Shown: positions 24,889 through 35,910 of the stretch, one piece after another
Layout of the letters: each line of letters starts with the position of its first letter
Numbering within the stretch: the stretch's first letter is position 1
Source of the DNA: Chrysemys picta bellii
Lineage: Eukaryota
Direction of reading: 5' to 3'
Length of the DNA: 64,000 nt
Assembly (NCBI RefSeq): GCF_011386835.1
Contig: NC_088811.1
Coordinates: forward strand, 18,848,001-18,912,000
The notes under the pieces: model-generated
What the model saw: only the letters and a program-made list of their open reading frames with translations
The model's database searches: none
What the model was told of the DNA's origin: nothing
Position numbers and translations under genes: made by a program

Positions 24889-25439
24889 AATAGTTCTACT
24901 TTGTTAAAGCACACCGTTTTCTTTAATACTGTTTTAGCGGGAATTTTTTAAAACTGGGACGCAGACTGTGGTGCGGGGCGGGTCTAGTGTTGTGATGCGA
25001 ATGCAGCTTCTAAACTCAAGGATTGACAGGCTCCGCTGCGGTGGGATGCTTGTTTCAACGGAGCCTGTCACCCCTCCTGATCGGGACTGTGTGTATGGGA
25101 GGTCTATTTGACTTTGTGGCAGGGGGAGGACGGTTACAGATCCCATGCTGTGTGGCTCTGTGATCCTGTCTAAGGACCGGCGCTTAAGATCTGTAACTGC
25201 CCTCCCCCGCCACAAAGTCACAGAGCAACCCACCCCCCCCAACATTACATCAAAACAACCTCCCAGACTAACCGGGGCAACTAGTCACTGCATCACTGCA
25301 CTGTGTATGTGCCCTGCTGCTGTGCCTGCCCCCGACTATGTACCCTGCCAAAGGAGACTGTCCTGTCCAATTTCCAACCCCCTTTCCCCTCCTCCTCCAA
25401 AAGAACATGATTGAAACAGTAGTTAACAGAAACGAATTT

Positions 25440-25445
25440 TTTATT
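25440..25445 (-). terminator. Putative poly(A) signal of the Myb/SANT gene
   Basis: TTTATT on + (AATAAA on -) about 70 nt after the stop at 25517. Confidence 0.6.
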
Positions 25446-25516
25446 ATCAACTACACATGGCATTGGGAGGTGAAACTTGGACGTGGGCTTGTGTCAGGCG
25501 GGAAGGAAAGAACTTT

Positions 25517-25992
25517 TCAAATTTTGGGAAATGAGAGCCTTCTGCTACTAGAGCTCTCTGCAGGGGTGGAGTGAGAGTTAGCAGGGACTCTGCCGCCTCT
25601 CCTTCTTTGCACTTTGGGTGAGGTGGGTATGGGACTTGGTGGCGGGGGAGGGCGGTTAGAGATGGACTGCAGCGGGGCTCTGTCCTCCTGCCTCCGTTCC
25701 TGCAGAACATCCACAAGGCGCCGGAGCGTGTCCGTTTGCTCCCTCAGTAGTCCAAGCAGCGTTTGAGTCGCCTGCTGGTCTTCCTGCCGCCACCTCTCCT
25801 CCCGATCCATGTTGGCTTGGTGCATTCGGGTCAAGTTCTCCCGCCACTGGGTCTGCTGTGCTGCCTGGGCTTGGGAAGAGGCCATAAGCTCAGAGAACAT
25901 GTCCTCCCGTGTCCTCTTCTTCCTACGCCTAATCCGCGCTAGCCTCTGGGAGTGTGATTCCAGGCTAGGTTGTGAGACAGTCGCAGACGGGG
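25517..25992 (-). CDS. Myb/SANT-like protein, exon 2 (basic segment and coiled coil)
   Basis: Acceptor ...CCCTTTTTCCCATTTCCACAG|CC CCG TCT. Phase 1 matches exon 1. Encodes RLARIRRRKKRTREDMFSELM...EERWRQEDQQ...SFPKI*. Confidence 0.9.
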
Positions 25993-26205
25993 CTGTGGAA
26001 ATGGGAAAAAGGGAGTGAATTCCTCTGAAAGATAAATGTAGTTGTGAACAAAGAACATAGTCTTTCTCTGTGAACAAGACCATGCACAGCACCTTTCACA
26101 TGCGCACTCAGCACAAGGTCGAATTCTCGGCCTTCGCATTCTGTGCCTGGGGTCTTGAACAGCACATTTGAGAAGCGAGGCAGCACAACGGAATTTCTGT
26201 TGCAG

Positions 26206-26214
26206 GCAGACATG
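26206..26214 (+). CDS. Candidate 9-nt micro-exon carrying the ATG of ORF3
   Basis: TTTCTGTTGCAG|GCAGACATG|GTAAGC. The ATG at 26212-26214 joins in frame to GTC ACC ATG GCC at 26483. Confidence 0.55.
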
Positions 26215-26482
26215 GTAAGCCGTACACTTGTGGCAGTTTAAAACTTTTATATTACCACTGGCCTCATTTCACATTTAAATCAATGTCAGTCCCTGCTGCC
26301 AGCAATCCGGCAAGCGGGAACTCTGCCCCTGTCCCACCCCCTCGCGGCTGTCCCCGGGAATGATCCCTTTCGGCTGCCCCTCTCCCGCCTCCACCGCGTG
26401 GCTGCAAACCAGCGGTGACAGTTCTGTAAAGGAACGGGAAAGCAGTCCCAACACTAACATTCCCCTACCTAATTAAAAGCAG

Positions 26483-26779
26483 GTCACCATGGCCGACATC
26501 ACCCTGATGAGGATCTCCGAGAGCGACAAAGAGAGAATGCTCCGGGAAAGCCTCCAAAGACCAGGGCCGTATGCCGCCCTGCTGTGCAGAGCAATGATCC
26601 CCGAGTACTTGATAATCTCGTGGCGCGGCAACGTGTCGTACTTCGGAGGACCCAATAAGGCCGCTCTCCCCAAGAACCTCATGCAACGGCTTTCAAGTTA
26701 CCTCCAGGAGAGCTTCATCGAGATGTCCCAGGAGGATTACTGCTCTATCCCCGCACATATAGACCGCATTTTACTGTAG
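26483..26779 (+). CDS. Third Harbinger ORF (96 aa from ATG 26489, 99 aa if spliced); putative stand-alone BEN-domain protein
   Basis: Open frame with CACCATGG Kozak context, branch point CACTAAC at 26452-26458, AG at 26481-26482, and downstream AATAAA at 26957-26962. The residue pattern YAALL...NVSYFGGPNKAAL...LSSYLQESF..MSQEDY..I...ID resembles BEN domains by eye only. Confidence 0.7.
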   Translation, partial: VTMADITLMRISESDKERMLRESLQRPGPYAALLCRAMIPEYLIISWRGNVSYFGGPNKAALPKNLMQRLSSYLQESFIEMSQEDYCSIPAHIDRILL

Positions 26780-26986
26780 CTGCAGTAGCAGGGAATACAC
26801 AGTAGAGCGGCTTGTGCAGGACAATCACTGAAAACCGGACATTGCTAGATTTCTTTTCAAAACTTGCACTGCCCCTTACTAAACCGTTAAGCGCCTAGGG
26901 CACACTAATCATGAACAACCCATTCTTTTAATTGTTAATATTCCTGTTTTGTTAAAAATAAATGTTTAGATGTTTACAACACTTAC

Positions 26987-27563
26987 TGGCTGATCCTTCA
27001 CCAGATTCTGTGTCCGGGGTAATGGCTGGGGACGCTTCGTAGGGGATCTCTGTAAGGGTGATGAAGAGATCCTGGCTGTCGGGGAAATCAGCGTTGTGAG
27101 AGCTGCCAACTGCCTCGCCCTCCTCATCTCCTTCCTCATCTTCCCCGTCCCCTAACATGTCTGAGGAACCGGCCGTGGACAGTATCCCATCCTCAGAGTC
27201 CACGGTCACTGGTGGGGTAGTGGTGGCGGCAGCACCGAGGATGGAATGCAGTGCCTCGTAGAAACGGGATGTCTGGGGATGGGATCCGGAGCGTCCGTTT
27301 GCCTCTTTGGTCTTCTGGTAGCCTTGTCTCAGCTCCTTGATTTTCACGCGGCACTGCGTTGCATCCCGGCTGTATCCTCTCTCTGCCATGTCTTTAGAGA
27401 TCTTCTCGTAGATCTTTGCATTCCTTCTTTTGGATCGCAGCTCGGAAAGCACGGACTCATCGCCCCACACAGCGATGAGATCCAAGACTTCACGATCAGT
27501 CCATGCTGGGGCTCTCTTTCTATTCCCAGACTGCACGGCCATCACTGCTGGAGAGCTCTGCAT
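26987..27563 (-). CDS. Myb/SANT-like (MSANTD/trihelix-type) DNA-binding protein, exon 1
   Basis: MQSSPAVMAVQSGNRKRAPAWTDREVLDLIAVWG...NAKIYEKIS..M.ERGYSRDATQCRVKIKELRQGY. Donor GCCA|GTAAGT. Exon lengths 577+476 nt give 351 codons including the stop. Confidence 0.93.
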
Positions 27564-27730
27564 CGTTGCCAGTGCTGCTGTGCTCGCCACGATGTCCAGA
27601 CAGGAAATGAGATTCAAACTGGCCAGACAGGAAAAGGAATTCAAATTCAAATTTTCCCGGGGCTTTTCCTGTGTGGCTGGTCAGAGCATCCGAGCTCGCA
27701 CTGCTGTCCAGAGCGTCAACAGAGTGGTGC

Positions 27731-27959
27731 ACTGTGGGATAGCTCCCGGAGCTATTAGCGTCGATTTCCATCCACACCTAGCCTAATTCGACATGGCCAT
27801 GTCGAATTTAGCGCTACTCCCCTCGTCGGGGAGGAGTACAGAAGTCGAATTAAAGAGACCTCTATGTCGAACTAAATAGCATCGCAGTGTGGACGGGTGC
27901 AGGGTTAATTCGATTTAACGGCGCTAACTTCGACATAAACGCCTAGTGTAGACCAGGCC
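27731..27959 (-). repeat. Right subterminal motif array and TIR
   Basis: ACTGTGGGATAGCT at 27731-27744 (reverse complement of 23270-23283), seven TCGA cores (27761-27933), AGTGTGGAC, and TIR 27944-27959. Confidence 0.9.
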
Positions 27960-29519
27960 TAAGAATGGGGCTCCCTGGGGAGACGGCTTTGCTGAGTTAT
28001 GCCAAGCCAGCTGCACCGAGCAGCTACAGCCGGGAAAGTAATTTCCCAGGTGGCTTTACAGTGCAATGGAGATCAGGGTGCCTGCATCACACCCTTGTTA
28101 CAAGGCCCTAATGGAGAGATTTACAGGCGAAGTTGCTTGGGCAGCTCCCTGGTTCATTAAGTACCATAATAAACCCTCTTGTCATAACACATACCTGGCT
28201 AGTCACTGAGAACACCTGGGCCCTGAAAGCTGCTCTCAGGGAGGAGGGGGAAAAGGGGTCATAGCCCCACCTCCTCCCACAGATTTCTCCACACACTCGC
28301 TTCTAACTGAGCAGGGAGGGGAGAATCCCTCAGATATAGAAGCCAGCGGGAAGATCCAAGGAAAGGGCACGTCCATGCAGAGAAACATACACCGCATGCA
28401 CTCACTTACACACACACACACACACACAGGAGTACTTGCACAGCACCAACGCACATACTACCACAAGTACGTGCACATATGCACTGCCGTGTACAAACAC
28501 ACGTATGCAATATGCTTGCGTATACACACACACACACACACTCTTCTCCATGGCTGGGCATCAAGGCCAGAATATTTGACAATGTTTATTTTTAATTAAT
28601 ACAAACGTGTGAATGCATTCGGTGAACCTCTGCTACTTGAAATAATTCCTCCGCCTTTGGAGGCCGCACCACGGTACTGTACTGACCACTCACTTCCTCG
28701 CATCTAGTGGAACAAGTAAACAGATGTTGGGTGGCTGGGGCGGGTGAATCACTTCACCTGTTTGTTACACATTGTCACAGCTTTATAGATCATAAAAATC
28801 CACTAGCTGAATACTATTGGGGGGCAGCACTGTGTGTGCAGAGTTCAGTCCAGTCCCCAAGCCATGCAGGGATCCCCGGGGGAGCAGGGAGCGCAGAGGA
28901 GGCTGTGGAGAGACAAGTCTCCTAAGGTAAGAGCCATATTGCCCTGGAGAATGACAACCACCGACAGCCAGCTGACTGCACCTTGGCAGCTAACAAGGCT
29001 TTCAACTTCAGCTACAGCTTCCCTCCAATAACTTCCCAGCCAAATACAGCACGTTTGCCTGACGGGGACACAGGTGCTAACGCAGCCCACAGCCCACTAG
29101 TTGTGGCAGAAATGTGTTCCCAGAGGAAACCGCCCAGACTTGCTCCTCCGAGATCTCCGCAGCACATCCACAAGGTGGGTGTGAGGACGTGCTGGGGGAA
29201 TGGCCAGGTGCCAGACATCGCATGGGTGTGGCTCTCCTATTGACCAGCTCCCCCACCAGACAGGGACAGAGGGGTGAGGTGCTGGGGAACAAACAGGCTC
29301 TCATCACTTTCTGCGCCGAGGAGGTGCACGAGGCATAGCAGAGCCTGGGATCCAGCTTCAGAGGCCCGGACACGCAAGGATAAGCTGCAGCAGCGCAGGC
29401 GTATCTGGGGTCATGCCAGCTGTCAAGACTCTGACTCGCCACCTGGGCATGGAGGTGCCCAACCAAGAGATCAAAGGTCAATCTGCAGATTTATAGCTTA
29501 AGGCCAGAAGGGACCATTC

Positions 29520-29830
29520 ACTGGGCTCTTCGATCTAGCAGAGAAAGCTGTGACACGATCCAGTGGCTGGAAGTCGAAGCTAGACAAAAAAAATCAGACT
29601 TATTTCCATAAAGGCAGAACTTTTTAACAGTGAGGTTAAGTAACCACTGGAACAATTTACCAAGGGCTGCGGTGGATTCTCCATCACTGGCTGTTTTTAA
29701 ATCAAGACCAGACTTTTTCCCTCCCAGCTCTGCTCTAGGAATTGTTATGGGGCAGGTCCCTGGCCGGTGTTATACAGCAGTGCAGACTAGAGGATCACAG
29801 TGGTCCCTTCTGGCCTGGGACTCTGCAAAT
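29520..29830 (+). mobile_element. CR1 3' end, with short opposite-strand CR1 fragments on both sides
   Basis: CCAGTGGCTGGAAG..AAGCTAGACAA; TTTTTAACAGTGAGG..AACCACTGGAAC..GGATTCTCCATCACTGG; GTGGTCCCTTCTGGCCT. Confidence 0.85.
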
Positions 29831-30400
29831 CTAGGAATTGCAATCACCTTGTCCGACCTCCTGCCTAGCACAGACCACAGAACTTCCTGCTTCTAGTCCA
29901 ATAGCTTTGCTTGAACGAGAACGGCTCCTTTTGAGAAAGATTTAAACATTCCTAGGGTCAGAGACTCCACTACAGCCCTTTTTGCTTCTCTCTCAAGAGT
30001 GCAGGGGGGCTGGAACTAGGGGGTCCCAATGGTTTCCGTCACAGACCGGGTTTACGGTTCGGTTCAATGGCTCAGCACCCCCACTATACAAACTATTCCA
30101 CCACCACTGGCCGAGTTCTTCACGGACACAGAGCCCGAAGCCGGTGCGCAGCAGCCCCAGTTCCAACCCTTCCCCCTTCAGCGCTGCTCCTTACAAACAC
30201 GTCACCAGAGGCTTTCCACGCAGCCTGTCCAAAGACCGATACAGCTGCCAGAGATGGAGAAGCAAAGCGCGCGACCCAGCTCAGTCTAGAAATCCAAGCA
30301 CATAGAGCTGCTGGAAAAGACGGCTCCCGACTCCTGACCATAAACCCACGGCGATCAAGCCAGCAGTGCACCTCGCTTCGCGCAACATGCCACGGAAGCC

Positions 30401-30523
30401 TAGGGTGACCAGATGTCCCAATTTTATAGGGATAGTCCCGATTTTTGGGTTTTTTCTTATATAGGTTCCTATTACCCCTCACCCCCTGTCCTGATTTTTC
30501 ACACTTGCTGTCTGGTCACCCTA
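30401..30523. mobile_element. Non-autonomous hAT MITE
   Basis: TIRs TAGGGTGACCAGA / TCTGGTCACCCTA; 8-bp TSD CGGAAGCC / CGGAAGCT (7/8). Confidence 0.93.
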
Positions 30524-30622
30524 CGGAAGCTCTCTGGAGTGGCGGCAGCATAATGACGTCCTGCTTCCGCATCTTGCAAACCTGGCTGGTTCTGCCTCTC
30601 TGCAGAGCCCCACCCTGCATGC

Positions 30623-31276
30623 TAGGCGTGCCAGCTTTTCCAACACCCTTTCCCCGCCCCTTCTGAGGCCCTGCCCCCACTCCCTCCAGCCCCCCTCCCT
30701 CCATCGCTCACTCTACCCCACCCTCACTCATTTTCACTGGGCTGGGGCAGGAGGTTGGGTTGGGGTGCAGGCTCTGGGGAGGGGTTGGGGATGAAGGAGG
30801 GGGCTCTGAGAGGGAGTCTGGGTGCGGGAGCGGGTTCCGACCTGAGCGGGTGGGGGGGGGTCATCGAGGTGCAGGCTCCAGCCGGGCAGGTGCGGGAGGG
30901 GATTCCAACCTGGGACAGGGGGTTTGGGGTGTGGGCTGCGACCGGGCGGCACTTACCTCAGGCTGGTGGCGCAGCGGGGCTAAGGCTCCCAGAAGCAGCC
31001 AGCATGTCCGGCCCCTAGGCAGAGCCAGCCAGGTGGTGCCGCCCCCGCAGCTCCCTTTGGCCGGCGTTCCCAACCAATGGGAGATGCGGAGCCAGCGCTG
31101 GGGGCGGAGGTAGCAGATAGCGCTTCCCTGATCGTCCCTGCGCCTAGGGGCCGGACATACCGGCCAGCTGCACAGAGCCAGGCTAGGCAGGGAGCCTGCC
31201 TTAGCCCCGCTGCACTGCCGACCAGACTTTTAACGGCCCAGTTTTCCGATTAAAAACCACAGGCCTGGCAACCCTA
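30623..31276. mobile_element. GC-rich non-autonomous hAT element
   Basis: Ends TAGGCGTGCCAGC and CTGGCAACCCTA; CCTGCAT is present on both flanks. Confidence 0.75.
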
Positions 31277-32879
31277 CCTGCATCATCAGCCGCAAATAGG
31301 AGGTAGCATCCGACAGCAGACACTGGAGGGCTTGTTCTGAAATGGAATCTGGCCACGCTCGGCAACGTGCACCCATGACCCTCCATGAGGATTATAGTGT
31401 TGGCTGGGCAAATAACTGATTGGGTTCAGCCCTCGAACTGACCAAACAGGGAAAAAGTTCTTCCCACCCACTCTGCTCCCCCACACCTAGCTACATTTCA
31501 AAAACAACAAACATTGACTTTTCCAGAAACCTCCCCCCTCCTTTTTTCCAGCCAAAACGGTTTGCCAAATTCATGAACGCCTTCAGCTGACCCGAACGTG
31601 TAAACTATTCACAGAAAAATTTCACCCAGCCCTAGTCAGCAGTTTTACAAGCACTTAAGACATGCTACAATAGTTTTATTAGTGAACACTTGAAACCAAA
31701 ATATCTTGTTTAAGATGCGTATTTCTGCTGAAAAATTTGTTGTACAAGACACTCCTCCCAGCAAGAACATGCACAGCTGAAATGCAGCAAATTAAATTCA
31801 ACTCAGAATTCTTTTCCCAGTAAATGCGTTATATTAGGCAATCTGAGTGATGTGTCATCACTTGGAATTATATTTGATACAAAAAAAAAAAAGATTCTCA
31901 TATTTTAAGTCCAAAAGGAACCACTCTGATCATCTAGTCTGACCTCCTGTATAACACAGGCCCTAGATCTTCCCCCAGATAATTCCTAGAGCAGAGCTTT
32001 TAGAAAAAAAATCCAATTTTCATTCAAAAATTGCGTTATGGAGAATCCTGCGCAACCCTTGGAAAATTACTTCACTGCTTAATTGCTCTCATTGTTTAAA
32101 AACTGATGCCTCATTTCCAGTCTGAATTTGTCTAGCTTCCACTTCCAACCTTTCCTCTGCCAGATTACAGAGCCCATTTGGAATATTTGTTCCCCGTGAA
32201 GGTACTTGGTCTAGGATTTATTTTGGGGCAGGTCTCTGGCCAATGATATACAGGGGGTCATCAATGATCCCGTCTGGCCTTGGAATCTGTGTTCAAGTCA
32301 CCTCTTAACCGCCTCTTTGTTAAACTAATAGATGGCGCTCCTTGAGTCTATCACAATCAGGCAGGTTTTCTAATCCTTCAATAGTTGTCGGGGCTCTTCG
32401 CTAAACCCTCTCCAATTTAGCAACATCCTTCTTGAGCTGTGGACCCCAGAACGGGATTCAGTATCCCAGCAGCAAATGCACTAGTGCCAAATACAACGAT
32501 CACCTTCCGACTCGGTTTTCCCGTTTACACATCCCAGGCTGGCATTAGCCCCTTCAGCCACAGTGATGCACTGAACTCATGCTCAGCTGATTATCCATCG
32601 TGATCCCTATTTTTTTTTCTTGGCAGAGTCACTGCTTTGCCAGATAGAGCATGGCCTACATGCTTTGTCCCTAGCAGTATAACTTGACATTTGACTGTAT
32701 TAAAACACACGTTGTTTGCTTGCCACCCAGCTTACCAGGCCATCAGATCACTCTGTAGCAATGACTTGTCCTCTTCATTATTTACCACTCCTCCAATCTC
32801 AGTGTCCTCTGCAAACTTTATCAGCAATGATTTAACATATTCTTCCAGGGCATCGATAAATATGTTGAATGGTGTAGGG

Positions 32880-33256
32880 CACAGGTGCAGACTCCGTGGG
32901 CAGCTCCCCATGGCCCCACCCTACCCCCCTGCTCCAGCTCACCTCCTCTTCCTCTGCAAGCGCGCTGCCGCGTCCTGCTTCTCCCCCCTCCCTCCCAGCG
33001 CTTGCACCGTGAAACAGCTGATTCACGGGGCAGGGAGGGAGGGGAGAGGAGGGGGGATGTGGCGTGCTGTGGGGAAGAGGCGGGGCTGGGGAAGGGATCC
33101 AATAGGGGCAGGGAGGGGGCGGAGTTAGGGCAGGGACTTTGGGGATGGCGTTGGAATGGGGACAGGGCAAGGGGCAGGGATGAGGTGGAGTCGGGGCGGA
33201 GAAAGGGGCGGGGGGGCGCAGGCACCCACTGGCGCCAGAGAAAGTTGGTGCCTATG
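32880..33256. mobile_element. GC-rich hAT element inserted into CR1
   Basis: Ends CACAGGTGCAGACTCC and AGTTGGTGCCTATG; TSD GTGTAGGG / GTATAGGG (7/8); the CR1 reads continuously across it. Confidence 0.85.
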
Positions 33257-33971
33257 GTATAGGGCCAAGGACCAAACCCTTTGGCAGCCCACTACAAGCC
33301 TCCCTGCCCCCTCCAATGATGATTCCGTTTACAATTATATTGAGACCTACCAGCTAGCCAGTTACCAATCCATTTAACAATCAAAATGTCGTTTGACTAG
33401 GCAACCACACATATGAAAGAATTATATCAACACTAGGACCTTATCAATCGAACCTGTCATCTTGTCAAAAAATGGTATCAAGTTTGATAGGATCTATTGC
33501 CCATAAATCCATGGCATTAATTATATTACCCCCTCCTTTAATTCTTTATTAAATGAGTCCCATATCAGCTGCTCCATACTCTCACCCAGGGTCGTAATCA
33601 GGCTGGCAAACCCATGATTACCCAGGTCATCCCATTTACTCTTTTTTAAACACTGGCCCACCTAGCCTTCTTCCAATCTCCAGGACCTTCCTCAGTGTTC
33701 CAAGATTTATTGAAAAGGTTCCAGTGGTTAATTATCCACGCTGTTAAAAAACGTGCCTTTTTTACTTGCCCAAGTTCGTCTAGCTTCTGCCTCCAGCCAC
33801 TCAATCTTGTTCTGCTTTTGTATACTAAATTAAAGAACCCTCTACCATCAGCAACCTTCTTCCCCTGTAGGTATTTATAAACCATGATCACGTCATCACT
33901 TAACCTTCTGGAGAAGCTACTTCAGTATGTCATTTTAAGGCAGTCTGCAGTGTAGTTTCCAGGATATTAGA

Positions 33972-34124
33972 AAGACAAAGTGGATGAGGTAATCTCTTTT
34001 ACTGGGTCAAGTTCTGTTAGTGAAAGAGACCAGCTGACCTGAAGAAGAGCTCCATATAAGCTCAGAAGTTTGTCTCTTTCATCAGCAGAAGTTGGTCCAA
34101 TAAAAGATACTACCTCACCCACAT
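33972..34124. mobile_element. Penelope-type pLTR inverted pair inserted in CR1
   Basis: GTGGATGAGGTAATCTCTTTTACTGGGTCAAGTTCTG is an inverted match to CAGAAGTTGGTCCAATAAAAGATACTACCTCACCCAC; central CTGAAGAAGAGCT..AGCTC core. Confidence 0.7.
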
Positions 34125-35424
34125 TATAAGGCAGGATTTCCAGACTTTGAATCATTCTTGTAGCTCTTTTCTGAATCTTTTCCAATTTTTTCAACATCCC
34201 TTTTGAAGTGTGGACACCAGAATTGGCTGTGGTCTCCAGCAATGGTCACATTAATGTCTTATACAATGGTACTGCCATCTCCCCGCTTCTACTCAGTATT
34301 TTCCTGCTTATAGATCAGGAATGCATTAGCCCTCTTGGCCTCCACATTGCACTAGGAGCTCACGTTCAGCTGGTTACCCACCATGACCTAAGTCCCTTTC
34401 AGAGTCACTGCTTTCCAGGATACAGCCCCCACCCAGGAAGCGTGAGCCACCTCCTTTATTCCTAGCTGAAGGACATTCCATTTGGCTGTATTAACACACA
34501 TGTTGCTAAAGTGAGCTCAACTTACCAAGTGACCCTGGTCATCCTGTATATACGACCTGCCCTCATCATTGTTTATCACGCTGCCAGTTTTTGTACTGCC
34601 TGCAAATTCAGGCCAAATTAGAAACATACCCGTTGAATGAGGAGTCCCCATTTACAGTAAGTTCTTAAGATCTGTCAGTTATGAATCCATTTAATACATG
34701 CTGCATTTATTTTATGTTAACTCTTCATCAGAACGCTCGTGGCAGTCTAGTGCCTTGCTGAAGTACTAGTACGTCAACATGTTCCCTTTATCGATTAACC
34801 CTGTGATTTCATCAAAGTAGATTTCAAATTTGTCTGTCGAGACCTATTTTCCATAAAACCACACTGATTGGCATTAGTACTTCTACCATCCTTTACTAAC
34901 TGCATCCGCTGTTCCATGATTCTGCATAGGATCTATGCCAGGTTAGCCGGCCTATAGTTACCTGGGACATCCCATTTATGCTTGTTAAATATTGGGACAG
35001 AATTCGTTTTTTCTCTGTCCTCTGGAACTTCCTCAGGATTCCAAGATTTATTAAATATCAACATCAATGGCTCAAAGAGGTCCTCTGCCAATTCTTATCA
35101 AACTCTTAGATGCAAGTTATCTGGGTCCTGCCAATTGAAAAACGTTTAGTAGTCGCTGTTTCACATCCTCCTTAGTTACTGTCAGAAAATAAAGTATTTC
35201 ATTATTACTGCAAGATGTGTACACTCCATCCAGGTTCTTTATGAATATATAAAGAATTTATTGAGCACGTCTAGCTTTTCTGCATCATTATTGACAATTT
35301 GACCATTTCTAATGAGTAACAGACCTACCCCCTTGCTAGTATTTTTTTTTGTTCCTGATATACACCCAAAAAAAAAAAATCCTTCTTATTGTCCTTTACT
35401 CCACTGCCCATGTTTTTCATTGGT

Positions 35425-35910
35425 ACAAAGGGGGCTGCAGGGGAAGTAGTCTGCAGTCACTTCTGGGGAGATGGGAGTTTGGACGGGTAAATCCAGCGGT
35501 AGGTGAACAGAAGACAGAGCAGGGAAGTAGGATGGAGTCCTGGGAAATAGCGACAGGATCTGTAGTTGCTGGACATAGGAGTCCCTGGGCTAGAACCCAG
35601 AGTAGTGCGTGGGCCCGGATTCCCCTACCAGCCACTGGGAAAGTGACAAGACCTGGCCTTGGGCTGGAGGACTGTCTGGAATGGCATGCGGACCGCAGAC
35701 CCAGTGGCACTTGGATACCCCACAAGGGGAGGACTATACAATGACCTGGCCAGCTGGGTGAGTCACGAAGGAGCACTGCAAGTTCTGGGGGAAAAGGTGG
35801 GGGGTTATGATGTGAGCAACTGTTGGAGGGCAGGGGGGGGCTTCTGACCTGAAAGGAGCTAATCCCTAAATGGAGCCGCAAGGAAGCACTCCAAGGGTAA
35901 GTGAATGTTA
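35425..35910 (+). mobile_element. LTR remnant related to the 18487 solo LTR
   Basis: Shares CCCCTACCAGCCA, AGTGGCACT and GAGCTAATCCC blocks and ends GTTACA; 5' end not resolved. Confidence 0.65.

Larger units (their letters stand above)
23106..27959 (+). mobile_element. Full-length autonomous PIF/Harbinger DNA transposon (4,854 bp)
   Basis: TAA target duplication at 23103-23105 and 27960-27962. TIRs GGCCTTGTCTACACTA and TAGTGTAGACCAGGCC match 15/16. Encodes an intact transposase and a Myb/SANT partner in convergent orientation. Confidence 0.97.
31880..35345 (-). mobile_element. Composite of old CR1 LINE fragments with nested insertions
   Basis: Repeated reverse-strand CR1 ORF2 and 3' UTR motifs (ATCATCTAGTCTGACCTCCTG, CATCTGCAAACTTTATCAGCA-like, CCAGGTCATCCCATTT, CTCTTAGATGCAAGTTATCTGGG). 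Confidence 0.85.

Noticed and set aside
26465-26686. Minus-strand ORFs overlapping ORF3, as extra Myb exons
   Set aside because: Myb exons 1 and 2 already join in phase, and these frames lack splice context and any motif.
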